Assembly: GCF_903933125.1 (NCBI RefSeq)
Contig: NZ_CAIZIZ010000366.1
Span: forward strand, 201-64,200
DNA length: 64,000 nt
From: an uncultured Lamprocystis sp.
Lineage (GTDB): Bacteria > Pseudomonadota > Gammaproteobacteria > Chromatiales > Chromatiaceae
Reading direction: 5' to 3'
Translations under genes and position numbers: made by a program
Notes under the pieces: generated by a model
What the model saw: the letters and a program-made list of their open reading frames with translations, nothing else
Database searches by the model: none
What the model was told of the DNA's origin: nothing
In this document: piece by piece, positions 45,479 through 55,097 of the stretch
How the letters are laid out: each line of letters begins with the position of its first letter
How positions within the stretch are numbered: position 1 is the first letter of the stretch

Positions 45479-46369
45479 ATGCCGAGTCGTGCGGCGGTGA
45501 TCGTGCCGCTCTACAAGGAGAGCATGACCGATGCTGAGGCTTTCTCATTCCACAACACGCTGACCGTTCTGGCGCGGCACGACGTTTACGTGATCAGTCC
45601 GCAGCGCTTGACTGACCATCTCGATGCGTTCTTGGCATCCTGGCCTGGTAAAGTCCAGGTCGCGTCTTTCGCGGATTGGTTTTTCGCTGATACTCACAGC
45701 TATAGCGCGCTGCTTTCCTCCGCTGCTTTTTACCGGAGATTTGCATGTTATGAATACCTGCTGATCGTTCAGACCGATGCCCTGGTGCTGGATGATTCGC
45801 TGGATAACTGGTGCAGCCGGCACTATTCTTATGTCGGCGCACCCTGGTTCAAAGGGTTTGACGAGCTCGAGCAGCCACTGTCATTCCTTGGCGTGGGTAA
45901 CGGTGGTTTCTCTCTGCGCAAGGTCAGCGACTTTCAAAGGGTGCTGACACTCTCCGGAACGTTTTCCCACTTTGCCGCAGCAGTCATCGCTGGTTCGCGA
46001 AAGCCGAGACGCTTGTTTTACTATGCGCGCTTCATGAAACATCGACTCTGCACCGCTTTTTTCTTTCCTGCCGTGTGTTCCTTAATCAACGAGGATAAAT
46101 TCTGGGGCTTGCTCGTTCCACAATGCTTTTCATTTTTCTCGGTACCCAGCCCGGAGGAAGCCATTGCCTTCTCATTTGAGGTTGCTCCAGCCTATCTTTT
46201 CAATCTCAATCGCTGTCGGTTGCCCTTCGGCTGCCACGGTTGGGAAAAGCACGATCCCGAATTCTGGCGCAACATTCTCGCGATTAAGGAGGTCCGGAAT
46301 GGCCGCTGGCGACGGGACCCCGCAGAGCGCGGAGACGGCGATAGCTCAAATAGAGAGGCCAGTAAATAG
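45479..46369 (+). CDS. DUF5672-domain protein (putative glycosyltransferase)
   Basis: VIVPLYKE...YEYLLIVQTDALVL...YVGAPW...GNGGFSLRK resembles DUF5672. ATG 45479 preferred over TTG 45452. Confidence 0.6.
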   Translation: MPSRAAVIVPLYKESMTDAEAFSFHNTLTVLARHDVYVISPQRLTDHLDAFLASWPGKVQVASFADWFFADTHSYSALLSSAAFYRRFACYEYLLIVQTDALVLDDSLDNWCSRHYSYVGAPWFKGFDELEQPLSFLGVGNGGFSLRKVSDFQRVLTLSGTFSHFAAAVIAGSRKPRRLFYYARFMKHRLCTAFFFPAVCSLINEDKFWGLLVPQCFSFFSVPSPEEAIAFSFEVAPAYLFNLNRCRLPFGCHGWEKHDPEFWRNILAIKEVRNGRWRRDPAERGDGDSSNREASK

Positions 46370-47093
46370 CGTAAATAAAACGCATGGCCGCGGTAGTTCT
46401 GCGCCGCTGATGGATCTGACGTTCCTCAAGAAAGCGACGTTTGAGGGCCGGCCAGTCGCGACGGGAACTGACGCCGGTGTCGCGCATCATACTGAGGGGT
46501 AGTTGAATGCAGTGTACCTGCGCACCGATATCGTAAGCACGCAGGAAGAACTCATAATCCATCGTGATGGCGAGCGTGGTGTCAAAGCCGCCCAGCCGGT
46601 CGAAGAGGCTGCGGTGACAGAGCGCTCCCTGGTGGTAGATACCCGGCTTGAAGCGCATCCGCCAACTGAAACCTCTGGGACTGAGGCGGGAAAACGCCGC
46701 TGCTGAGCCGAAATAGATGTCGAATGCATAGATGTCGGCATGCACGCGGCGCATCGCGTCAAGCGCCTGGGCGAGGGTGTGCTCATTGACCAGATAGTCA
46801 TCCGAGTGAAGGAAGAGGATGTAATCGCCGTTACAAAAGGCAAGCCCTTTGTTCATGGCATCCGAGATGCCTTGATCGGGCTCAGAGACCCACTTGAAAA
46901 GCCTCGGCGCGTAATGGCGGATGATCTCCCGGGTGCCGTCCGTGGATCCACCATCGATGACCACATACTCAACGACCACGTCGGCTTGGGCGAGCACGCT
47001 GTCCAGGGTTTTCCTGATTGTTTCTCGGGCGTTCAACGTCACCGTGACGACGCTGATCGTCGGCGTTTCGCGAGGGACCCACGAGGTTCTCAT
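46284..47093 (-). CDS. glycosyltransferase family 2
   Basis: ISVVTVTLNARETIRKTLDSVLAQ...VVIDGGSTDGT...LHSDD motifs. Confidence 0.8.
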   Translation of the reverse strand: MRTSWVPRETPTISVVTVTLNARETIRKTLDSVLAQADVVVEYVVIDGGSTDGTREIIRHYAPRLFKWVSEPDQGISDAMNKGLAFCNGDYILFLHSDDYLVNEHTLAQALDAMRRVHADIYAFDIYFGSAAAFSRLSPRGFSWRMRFKPGIYHQGALCHRSLFDRLGGFDTTLAITMDYEFFLRAYDIGAQVHCIQLPLSMMRDTGVSSRRDWPALKRRFLEERQIHQRRRTTAAMRFIYAIYWPLYLSYRRLRALRGPVASGHSGPP

Positions 47094-48259
47094 TGCCTGA
47101 CCACGGGGGCTATCCCGGCAATCAAGCAGTCATAACAGCGCAGCGCCGCGGTATCCCAGGTGATCGGCGGCGGGAATGCGCGCGGCCTGGTCTCCAGGAT
47201 CGCCAGAATGTGCCGGGCGAGATCGAGAGGGTCACCGACGCGATAAAGGTACTGAGGGAACGCGTCGAGGAATCGTACCGCGCCCCCGATTGCCGGCGTG
47301 ACGAACGGTACTTGAGAGGCGATGTATTCCATCAATTTTTGCGGGAAGCTGAAGGTCGCGAAGGCGTTGTCGGCATAGACGATGGTTGCGGCATCGCAGG
47401 CGCAGATCAACTCGGCGAGCGACCTCTGGGTCACCAGACCCAAGTGACGGACGTGACACCGGGTAGGAGGGATGTGGTGCTGACCGCTACCCGCCATCAA
47501 AAACAACACGTCAGGATGTTGTGATGCAATGTAATTGAAGGCATCGAAAAGTACCGCGGTTCCCCGGTGCGTGGTCAGGGAGCCGAAATAGCCGACGATC
47601 GGCGTTGCGGCGGAGATACCAAGAGCCGCTCGACAAGCCCCCTTGTTGCGCACATGAAAAACCTCAGGGTCGATACCGTTTGGTACCGTGCAAGTGGCCC
47701 CTGCCCCGTACGCTTGGACGAGGTGGTGTCCGAGTGTCTCCTCAAACACGATCGTACGATCGGCATGTCGCACCGCCCAGCCGAGTGCCTGAATCATGAA
47801 CGGCACGCGGCGGCTTGCATAGGTTTCAAAATTATCGTAGATGTCGCAGACCGATCGCAGTCCGGTCAGGCGAGCGATCAGCACGGCGATGATGCAATAG
47901 GGGGTGTCACCAGACCCGATGACGGTCTGGTAGCGGCCGCTGCGTGCGAGCGTGACGAGGTGCCATAAAAAGGCGGCGAATCCAAAGACACCGAATGAAA
48001 GGATGGAGAAACGGTCGTTGACGCTGATGCATGTCGTCGGATGCCGACGGTAACTGTAGACCAGCATCTGGATCGTCACGCCGAGTGCGGACAGGCGCTT
48101 GGGTATCTCATAATAGCGTCCGAACCGATCGGCCACGAGATCCCGATGCATATACTCCCGTTTGGTGATCCAGAGGACGGACAACGCCGATGGCTCATGC
48201 GATGGCTGTTCGCATTGACTGGGGATCATGGCGCACTCGTGCGATCCGGGGAAGCTCAC
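47090..48259 (-). CDS. glycosyltransferase family 4 (GT-B fold)
   Basis: C-terminal half has the GT4-type pattern (GYFGSL...LMAGSG...FSFPQKLMEYIASQVPFV). Overlaps both neighbours by 4 nt. Confidence 0.75.
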   Translation of the reverse strand: MSFPGSHECAMIPSQCEQPSHEPSALSVLWITKREYMHRDLVADRFGRYYEIPKRLSALGVTIQMLVYSYRRHPTTCISVNDRFSILSFGVFGFAAFLWHLVTLARSGRYQTVIGSGDTPYCIIAVLIARLTGLRSVCDIYDNFETYASRRVPFMIQALGWAVRHADRTIVFEETLGHHLVQAYGAGATCTVPNGIDPEVFHVRNKGACRAALGISAATPIVGYFGSLTTHRGTAVLFDAFNYIASQHPDVLFLMAGSGQHHIPPTRCHVRHLGLVTQRSLAELICACDAATIVYADNAFATFSFPQKLMEYIASQVPFVTPAIGGAVRFLDAFPQYLYRVGDPLDLARHILAILETRPRAFPPPITWDTAALRCYDCLIAGIAPVVRQ

Positions 48260-49005
48260 GTCTCGGGATGCGTCATCAGGAAGGTCATGGTGGGATAGAC
48301 GGGACTGCAGGTCTTGAGGACGAAATCAGGCAGGGTCCGGACCACGTCGGACACTATCCAAGGTTTTTCGATTTGTACCATCAGCCGCAGTGCCGGCGCA
48401 GCAACATCCTGCAAGCAAAGACCAGCCAGTCGAATCAACGAGCGAATACGACGCGGTCCCGGGGGCTCGCAGTCATAGCAGGTTCCGCGCCGGCGGGCTC
48501 GAAGATAGGGGCTGCGCAGAGAACGTGGCAGCCAACTCAGAAACCAGAGGCCGAAATGCGGCTCGCGCAGTGCCCAGCGATTCGGAACCGCAAGGTAAGC
48601 AAGGCCGTCCGGGCGCAAGACGCGCGCGATCTGCGTGAGATGCGCGAGTTGCTCGGTGTGGCCGCCGACATGCTCCAGCACGTGATTGGATACCACGACG
48701 TCGAATGACCGGGCAGGAAACGGGAGCTGCACTCCGGTCACCGGGACGAATTGGTATCCATCACACATAACGCGTTGGTCGACGCGGTCCACGGCCGTCA
48801 CCTGGCCTTGACTCCCGACACGCTCGGCAAGCGCTGTCGTGATAACGCCCGAACCGGCGCCAACTTCAAGCACGGTCAGGCCACGCAATGACCGGTTCAT
48901 TTCCAATATGCGGACGATCTTCTCAGCCTTGCGACGGCGATGCGCAATATCCAGGTAAGCATGGGTTTGCCGGCCCGGAGCAGCGTTGGTCATGACGGCC
49001 GGCAC
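48256..49005 (-). CDS. class I SAM-dependent methyltransferase
   Basis: VLEVGAGSGVIT motif I and FDVVVSNHVLEHV motif. Confidence 0.7.
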   Translation of the reverse strand: MPAVMTNAAPGRQTHAYLDIAHRRRKAEKIVRILEMNRSLRGLTVLEVGAGSGVITTALAERVGSQGQVTAVDRVDQRVMCDGYQFVPVTGVQLPFPARSFDVVVSNHVLEHVGGHTEQLAHLTQIARVLRPDGLAYLAVPNRWALREPHFGLWFLSWLPRSLRSPYLRARRRGTCYDCEPPGPRRIRSLIRLAGLCLQDVAAPALRLMVQIEKPWIVSDVVRTLPDFVLKTCSPVYPTMTFLMTHPET

Positions 49006-50258
49006 TGCGCGTCTGCCTTGAGCGACGCAAACAGATCGGAAAAAGCCGCGGCGCTGGCGTCACGGGAGAAATTGCGGACGACGTGCGCGCGGGCGCGACT
49101 GGTCAGGGCCGGTGCCAGTGCGGAGTCGGACTGCAAGCGGCAGACGGCGTCGGCGATTTGCTCGGGCGAACGCTCATCGACCAACAGCCCCGTCTGCTCA
49201 TGGATCACCGCGTCCGGAACCCCGCCAAGACGCGTGGCAATGACTGGCACACCCGTGCTCATCGCCTCGATCAGCGTCAACCCCTGGGCCTCCACCCAGC
49301 CGTTGGCGGCGCGCCGTGATGGCCCGATGAAGGCGTCGGCAGCCGCGAGATAGGCCGGGACTGCGCCGGAGTCGATCCAGCCGGTGAAGGTCAGACGGTC
49401 ACGGATGCCGAGTGCGGCGGCACAGTGTTCCAAGTCGACGCGATCCTGGCCGTCGCCGACGATGAGCGCGGTGGTATGGGGTAAGCGATCACGCAGGAGT
49501 GCGACGGCCCGCAGCAGATCCTCAACGCCCTTCTCATCGACGAGACGTCCCAAAAACACCAGCAGTGGTCCCTGCCCGCGGCGATGACGCCGGCGGATCT
49601 CGACCGCGGCCTGATGCTGCGGCTCATTCAATACATTCGTGGTGACTCCCATCGGGATGCGGTGGGGTCGTTTGAGTGCAGGCACGAGATCCAGTACTGC
49701 ACGCTCAGTGCAGGAGCTATTGACGGTCACCGCTGACGCGTTCTTGAGCGCGGCGCGCTTGGCCGCGGCCATCCAGCGTCCCGGCAACCCGAAGATATCG
49801 CCTCCGTGCACCGTGACGACCCAGGGCGTACGCCTCACCCGCTGTGCCAGCATTGCGGTGAACCCCTGCGGTAAGATCCAATGGGCATGGATGACGTCAT
49901 AGCGCTGTGCCAGCAAGCGCCTCGCGACGGCGACGGTTTCAGCACCGACGAGGGCCGGGAGCTTGAGTCTGTTCAGCGGATGCTTGCGAAGATTGATCAG
50001 CGCACCTCCCTGGTAGCAGACGGTTTGCGCAGACTCGGGTAAGAGATAGCGGAAGCGGATGACCGGCAGACCGCCAAGCAGCTCACGCCGCGCGGCCCCA
50101 GGCGCGTGGGGCGCCAGGACATCGACGTCCCACCCGAGTGTCTGAAGGTCCTGGGCGAGATGCAATACGAAGGGCGTCGTACTGTCGCCCTCCCATCGCG
50201 GGAAATTCGAGGTGACGCAAAGAACGCGGCCACACTTTATCCCTGGAGTTTGCATCAT
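48990..50258 (-). CDS. glycosyltransferase family 4
   Basis: From ATGATG at 50258: RVLCVTSNFPRWEGDSTTPF...VHGGD...EAQGLTLIEAMSTGVPVIATRLGG (EX7E-type). The upstream 148-codon extension in the listed ORF overlaps the preceding gene and was dropped. Confidence 0.8.
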   Translation of the reverse strand: MMQTPGIKCGRVLCVTSNFPRWEGDSTTPFVLHLAQDLQTLGWDVDVLAPHAPGAARRELLGGLPVIRFRYLLPESAQTVCYQGGALINLRKHPLNRLKLPALVGAETVAVARRLLAQRYDVIHAHWILPQGFTAMLAQRVRRTPWVVTVHGGDIFGLPGRWMAAAKRAALKNASAVTVNSSCTERAVLDLVPALKRPHRIPMGVTTNVLNEPQHQAAVEIRRRHRRGQGPLLVFLGRLVDEKGVEDLLRAVALLRDRLPHTTALIVGDGQDRVDLEHCAAALGIRDRLTFTGWIDSGAVPAYLAAADAFIGPSRRAANGWVEAQGLTLIEAMSTGVPVIATRLGGVPDAVIHEQTGLLVDERSPEQIADAVCRLQSDSALAPALTSRARAHVVRNFSRDASAAAFSDLFASLKADAQCRPS

Positions 50259-50269
50259 GCGGCCGCCCG

Positions 50270-51349
50270 TCACGCGCGTCCGCCACGGGGATCCGGCGCC
50301 AGCGGGTGAGCCGTCGCTGATCGCTCCGGCCGCTGGTCGCTCGCACCGGGCGGCGCGAGCGGCGCTGCCGATGGATGGCTCCGGCCATGGCAAGCCTCGG
50401 TGCGGCGACCTGCGGCAAGCTCCATCCGCCTGACGCGCTCCAGTGTCATTTCCAGTAATTGCCGGTTGAATCCGATGAGGTCGGCAACCAGACCGATCAG
50501 ATAGGCGATGAATCCCATCATCAGAAAAACGGCACCGAAGATCAAGGATTGAATATGTCCGTCGCCGACCCCGCTCATGTAGTAATAAAAGAACCGCAGA
50601 ACCGGGAGCAGTCCGAGCACGGTCAGGAGGGTCCCGATCATGAAAAAGACCCATAACGGCTGGTACATCGCGTACATCCGCACCATGGTCCCCAGGGAAC
50701 ATTGCACGAAGTGTCGAATGTTCTTGAAGAGACGCGAGTCGCGGGTTTTCGGGTTGGTGCGGACCGAAACCGAGGTGACTGCCAGATGGCGCTTACCGGC
50801 CTGAATCACCGTCTCGATGGTATAGCTGAAGGACGACACGACGTTGAGGCGGATGGCGGCCTCGCGGGAGAATGCACGAAAACCGCTGACGGTATCGGGG
50901 ACCCAAATCCCGGCGAGTTTCCGCACCACGCCGCTGCCGAACCACTGAAGGAACTTCTTGGCGGCGGAAAAATGGGCGATCTTGTCGGTCTCGCGGTCGC
51001 CGATCACGATATCCGCCTCGCCATCGAGGATTGGCCGCACCAGCTTCGGAATGTCGCGACCATCGTACTGGTTATCGCCGTCGGTGTTGACGATGATATC
51101 CGCGCCCAACTCCAGGCAGGCTTCCAGACCATTGCGAAAACTGCGCGCAAGCCCCTGGTTGCGCTTATTCCGCACGATGTGGTGAACGCCGAGCGCCCGC
51201 GCGACCGCGAGCGTCTGGTCCGAACTGCCGTCGTCAATGATCAGGATTTCGATGCGGTCGATGCCGGAAATCGCAGCTGGGATCGCCCCGATCGTTTTCG
51301 GAAGAGTCAGTTCTTCATTATAGCAAGGAATCTGGACGATCAGCTTCAC
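50270..51349 (-). CDS. GT2 polyprenyl-phosphate glycosyltransferase (GtrB/ArnC/DPM1-like) with C-terminal TM helices
   Basis: KLIVQIPCYNEE...ILIIDDGSSDQT...NTDGDNQY plus two C-terminal hydrophobic helices. Confidence 0.8.
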   Translation of the reverse strand: MKLIVQIPCYNEELTLPKTIGAIPAAISGIDRIEILIIDDGSSDQTLAVARALGVHHIVRNKRNQGLARSFRNGLEACLELGADIIVNTDGDNQYDGRDIPKLVRPILDGEADIVIGDRETDKIAHFSAAKKFLQWFGSGVVRKLAGIWVPDTVSGFRAFSREAAIRLNVVSSFSYTIETVIQAGKRHLAVTSVSVRTNPKTRDSRLFKNIRHFVQCSLGTMVRMYAMYQPLWVFFMIGTLLTVLGLLPVLRFFYYYMSGVGDGHIQSLIFGAVFLMMGFIAYLIGLVADLIGFNRQLLEMTLERVRRMELAAGRRTEACHGRSHPSAAPLAPPGASDQRPERSATAHPLAPDPRGGRA

Positions 51350-51702
51350 AGAGTTGCTCCCGCGGAACGGGGTCCGCCGAGATCGGATTATACAGAAGCT
51401 TGCCGACAGCGCCCGGCCTGGCGCTCGAGGAGATCGCGCTCGGGGACATCCGACAGCGGCTTGGCGACGCGTCCTGAGCCGGGGTCGTGGGTCCGGGCGG
51501 TCCGGCGGAAACCTGACCTGCGCTGCCTAAGTCAAGCGGTTGGAGGCGGCGTACGCAAGTCCGATCGGCCGTGGCGGACCTTCGGACGACGAGCCCAGGC
51601 CATCGACCCAATCATTTTGTGCTATTGCCCCCATACCCATGGGCAACGGCCCCCATACCGGCGACAATAGACGGCTGTTTCGCAACTGCCTGGTCCAACA
51701 CC

Positions 51703-54700
51703 ATGCCACGCCCCCTGAGCCGTGACGACATCCGCCACGCGATCGACCTGAGTTCCTTCAACCGGGGCCTTGCCTACTATCAACAAGGAATGGTGATCGA
51801 GCTGGAGGAGGAGCGGCGCGATGACGCCGGGGTCAGCCTGCGGGCACGGGTCCGCGGCAGCGCCGGCCGTATCTACCGGCAGTCTATTTTCATCCCGGCG
51901 GACCCCGCCAAGCGTGACATCACCGGCTCCTGCGGTTGCCCGATCGGCTACAACTGTAAGCATGTGGCGGCGGCCTGTCTGGCTTTCGAGGAACGGGAAC
52001 GCCAATCGCAGCCGAGCGACGGCTCGGCCGGCACCGAATTCATGAAACGCTGGTTGAACCGCGTGGTGCTGGCCGGCCAGGATAAAGCAGCCGACACGGC
52101 GGGGGAGCGGCTGGTCTATGTGCTCCAGCAAAATCCGGGCGATGTCCACGCGGCTGCGGCGGAACTGCGGGTCGCCAAGCCCCTGCTGCGCGGCACCGGG
52201 CTCTCCAAGGGGCGACAGGTCAATCCGTTCAACCTGCTGCACGGCTACTCCGCACCAACCTATCTGCTCAGCGCGGACCATGACATTCTGGGTATCCTGC
52301 GCGCGCTGGCCGGCGGTCAATGGGTCACCAGCGTGCCGCTCGCCGGCCAGACCGGCTATTTGGCACTGTTGCGCATGATCGGGACCGGGCGCTGCTATTG
52401 GCAGGGCATCGAGGGGGCGCCCTTGAGTCTGGGTGAGACACGCTCCCTGGATCTCAGTTGGCGGGAAAACAAGGACGGATCACTCGACCTGAAGGTCGAG
52501 GTGACCCCGCCGGCCCGCCTGCTGCTGGTCGATCCCCCCATGTACCTGGATCCCGCCAAGCACCAGGCCGGCCCCCTGGAAACCCAGGGGCTGCGCACGG
52601 CCCAAGTGCGCGAGCTGCTGGCCGCGCCGCGGCTGCGCGCCAACGAGGCCGAGACGCTGTCACGGACGCTGGTGCTGGAATTCCCTCAGTTACCGCTGCC
52701 GGTCCCCCGCCCGGTGCCGGTCAAGGAGGTCACCGCGGCCACCGTCGTGCCCTGGCTGACGCTGCGCTGTGAGTCCTTGGCCGGAACCGACACCCATCTG
52801 CTGAGTCTGGATTTCGACTACGACGGTTACCAGGTCCCTGGTCTTCCCGCGCTGCCGTACACCATCCTGCCCGACGGCTCCGGGACGGTGCGGATCCACC
52901 GCGACCTGACGGCTGAACAGCGGGCCTTGGACACCCTCGCGGCGCACGGCTTTGTCCCGCTCGCCCTCGCCGGCATCGCCGCGGGCAGCCACCGGGTCGT
53001 CCCAGCGACCGCCAATCCGCTGGAACGGGCAGGGCGCTGGTCGGCCCTCCTGCGCGACGGCATTCCCGCGCTGGAAGCGGCCGGCTGGCGAGTGGAACGC
53101 GAGGACGCCTTCCGGCTGCAATTCGAGTCCGCGGACTGGGAGCTGGAACTCGAAGACCCGGCGGAAGCGGGCGGCAACGACTGGTTCGGCCTGCGCTTCG
53201 ACCTGGATCTCGGCGGGCGCCGCTTGCCCCTGCTGCCCATCATCGCGCCCTTGCTGGAGTTGGGGATGGGAAGTGAAGTCCCCGCCATCATTACCCTGCC
53301 GCTCGACCCGACGGGCACCGACCCGGACGCCGCGCACCGCTATATCGACCTGCCGGGAGCGCGGCTCTTGCCGTTTATCGAGATCCTGCGCGATCTGTTC
53401 GACCGGGCCGCGCCCGGGGCGGACGGCCGGCTGCGGGTGTCGCGCTTCGACGCCGCCGCCCTGGCCGACCTTGAAGCCCAGGGTTATGCGATCCGCGGGG
53501 CCGAGCGGCTGCGTGAACTGGCGCGGCGGCTGACGGCCTTCGCCGGGATCGAGCCGGTCGAACCCCCGACCGGGCTCACGGTCGAATTGCGCGGGTATCA
53601 ACGACGCGGGCTCGATTGGCTCCAGTTCCTGCGCGCCTGGGATCTGGCCGGCATCCTGGCCGACGACATGGGGCTCGGCAAGACCGTTCAGGCCCTCGCC
53701 CACCTGCTGCTGGAGAAGGAGTCCGGACGGCTGGAGCGCCCCGCCCTGGTGGTCGCCCCCACCAGCCTGATGGGCAACTGGCGGCGCGAGGCGGCGCGCT
53801 TTACTCCGGGGCTGCGCACCCTGGTCCTGCACGGTGCCGACCGTCACGTCCATTTCGACGCCATCCCGGATCACGATCTGATCCTGACCACCTACCCGCT
53901 GCTGTCCCGTGACCAGGAGCGGCTCCAGGAGCAGTCATTTCACTCACTGATCCTGGACGAGGCCCAGTCAGTCAAGAATCCTAAGTCGCAGGCCGCGGCC
54001 GTGGTCCGGGCACTCAATGCCGATCACCGGTTGTGCCTCACCGGCACCCCGATGGAGAACCATTTAGGCGAACTCTGGACGCAATTCGACTTTCTCATGC
54101 CCGGGTTCCTCGGTGACCAGGCCAATTTCAAGCGCCACTGGCGCACGCCGATCGAGCAGCATCGGGATCGGGACCGCCAGGACCGCCTCGCGCGCCGGGT
54201 CGCCCCCTTCATGCTGCGCCGCCGCAAGCAGGATGTCGCGGCCGAGTTGCCGCCGAAAACCGAGATCATCAAGAGTGTGACCCTGGGCGAAGCGCAGGCC
54301 GCGCTCTATGAGAGCATCCGGCTGTCGATGGAAAAACGGGTGCGCGACGCCATCGCCGCCCAGGGCCTGGCGCGCAGCCACATCACCATCCTTGATGCCT
54401 TGCTGAAACTGCGCCAGACCTGCTGCGACCCGCGCCTGCTCAAGCTCCCGGCCGCCGCCCGGGTCAAGGAGTCGGCCAAGCTGGAACTGCTGATGGATCT
54501 GGTGCCTGAGCAACTGGATGAGGGCCGGCGTATCCTGCTGTTTTCCCAGTTCACGTCCATGCTCGCACTGATCGAGGCCGAACTGGATCAACGCGGCATC
54601 CCCAGCGCCAAGCTCACCGGTCAGACCCGCAAACGCGACGAGGCCATCGACACCTTTCGTTCGGGTGAGGCCAACCTGTTTCTCATCAGCCTCAAGGCCG

Positions 54701-54993
54701 GCGGGGTCGGCTTGAACCTCACGGAAGCCGATACCGTGATCCTCTACGACCCCTGGTGGAATCCGGCGGTCGAGGCGCAGGCGGCGGATCGCGCCCATCG
54801 GATCGGTCAGGACAAGCCGGTGTTCGTCTACAAGTTGGTGACCGAGCAGACGGTCGAGGAGCGCATCCTGACCATGCAGGAGCGCAAGCGGGCGCTGGCC
54901 GCCGGGGTCTACCAGGAGAGCGAGGGCGAACAGGAGCCGCGCTTGAGCGGGCACGACTTGCAGGAACTGTTCGCGCCGTTCGGCGAGCGCTGA
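51703..54993 (+). CDS. SWIM zinc-finger / SNF2-family DEAD/DEAH helicase
   Basis: SWIM CGCPIGYNCKH near the N-terminus. LADDMGLGKT (I), LILDEAQSVKN (II), LTGTPMENHL (III), helicase-C with QAADRAHRIGQ. Confidence 0.9.
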   Translation: MPRPLSRDDIRHAIDLSSFNRGLAYYQQGMVIELEEERRDDAGVSLRARVRGSAGRIYRQSIFIPADPAKRDITGSCGCPIGYNCKHVAAACLAFEERERQSQPSDGSAGTEFMKRWLNRVVLAGQDKAADTAGERLVYVLQQNPGDVHAAAAELRVAKPLLRGTGLSKGRQVNPFNLLHGYSAPTYLLSADHDILGILRALAGGQWVTSVPLAGQTGYLALLRMIGTGRCYWQGIEGAPLSLGETRSLDLSWRENKDGSLDLKVEVTPPARLLLVDPPMYLDPAKHQAGPLETQGLRTAQVRELLAAPRLRANEAETLSRTLVLEFPQLPLPVPRPVPVKEVTAATVVPWLTLRCESLAGTDTHLLSLDFDYDGYQVPGLPALPYTILPDGSGTVRIHRDLTAEQRALDTLAAHGFVPLALAGIAAGSHRVVPATANPLERAGRWSALLRDGIPALEAAGWRVEREDAFRLQFESADWELELEDPAEAGGNDWFGLRFDLDLGGRRLPLLPIIAPLLELGMGSEVPAIITLPLDPTGTDPDAAHRYIDLPGARLLPFIEILRDLFDRAAPGADGRLRVSRFDAAALADLEAQGYAIRGAERLRELARRLTAFAGIEPVEPPTGLTVELRGYQRRGLDWLQFLRAWDLAGILADDMGLGKTVQALAHLLLEKESGRLERPALVVAPTSLMGNWRREAARFTPGLRTLVLHGADRHVHFDAIPDHDLILTTYPLLSRDQERLQEQSFHSLILDEAQSVKNPKSQAAAVVRALNADHRLCLTGTPMENHLGELWTQFDFLMPGFLGDQANFKRHWRTPIEQHRDRDRQDRLARRVAPFMLRRRKQDVAAELPPKTEIIKSVTLGEAQAALYESIRLSMEKRVRDAIAAQGLARSHITILDALLKLRQTCCDPRLLKLPAAARVKESAKLELLMDLVPEQLDEGRRILLFSQFTSMLALIEAELDQRGIPSAKLTGQTRKRDEAIDTFRSGEANLFLISLKAGGVGLNLTEADTVILYDPWWNPAVEAQAADRAHRIGQDKPVFVYKLVTEQTVEERILTMQERKRALAAGVYQESEGEQEPRLSGHDLQELFAPFGER

Positions 54994-55097
54994 GCCGATC
55001 AGCGGCCCGGTGCAGGGCGCGCTTCGGGAACCACCGCCCTGGTTCGGGCTCAAACTGAATCGCTTGCCCTCGTCGGCCGACTCAATAAGGACTCACA

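Noticed and set aside
46284-46369. 86-nt convergent overlap of the DUF5672 gene and the GT2 gene
   Set aside because: Both ends are fixed by stop codons and both tails are low-complexity. This is probably harmless 3' overlap in a compact island and gives no evidence of regulation.
48990-50702. Long N-terminal extensions in listed ORFs (570-aa GT4; likewise def 17836-18579, prc 15367-17580, SPOR 37872-39509)
   Set aside because: The extensions overlap neighbouring genes or have Arg/Pro-rich non-coding character. Homology-like sequence begins at internal ATGs, which were used instead.
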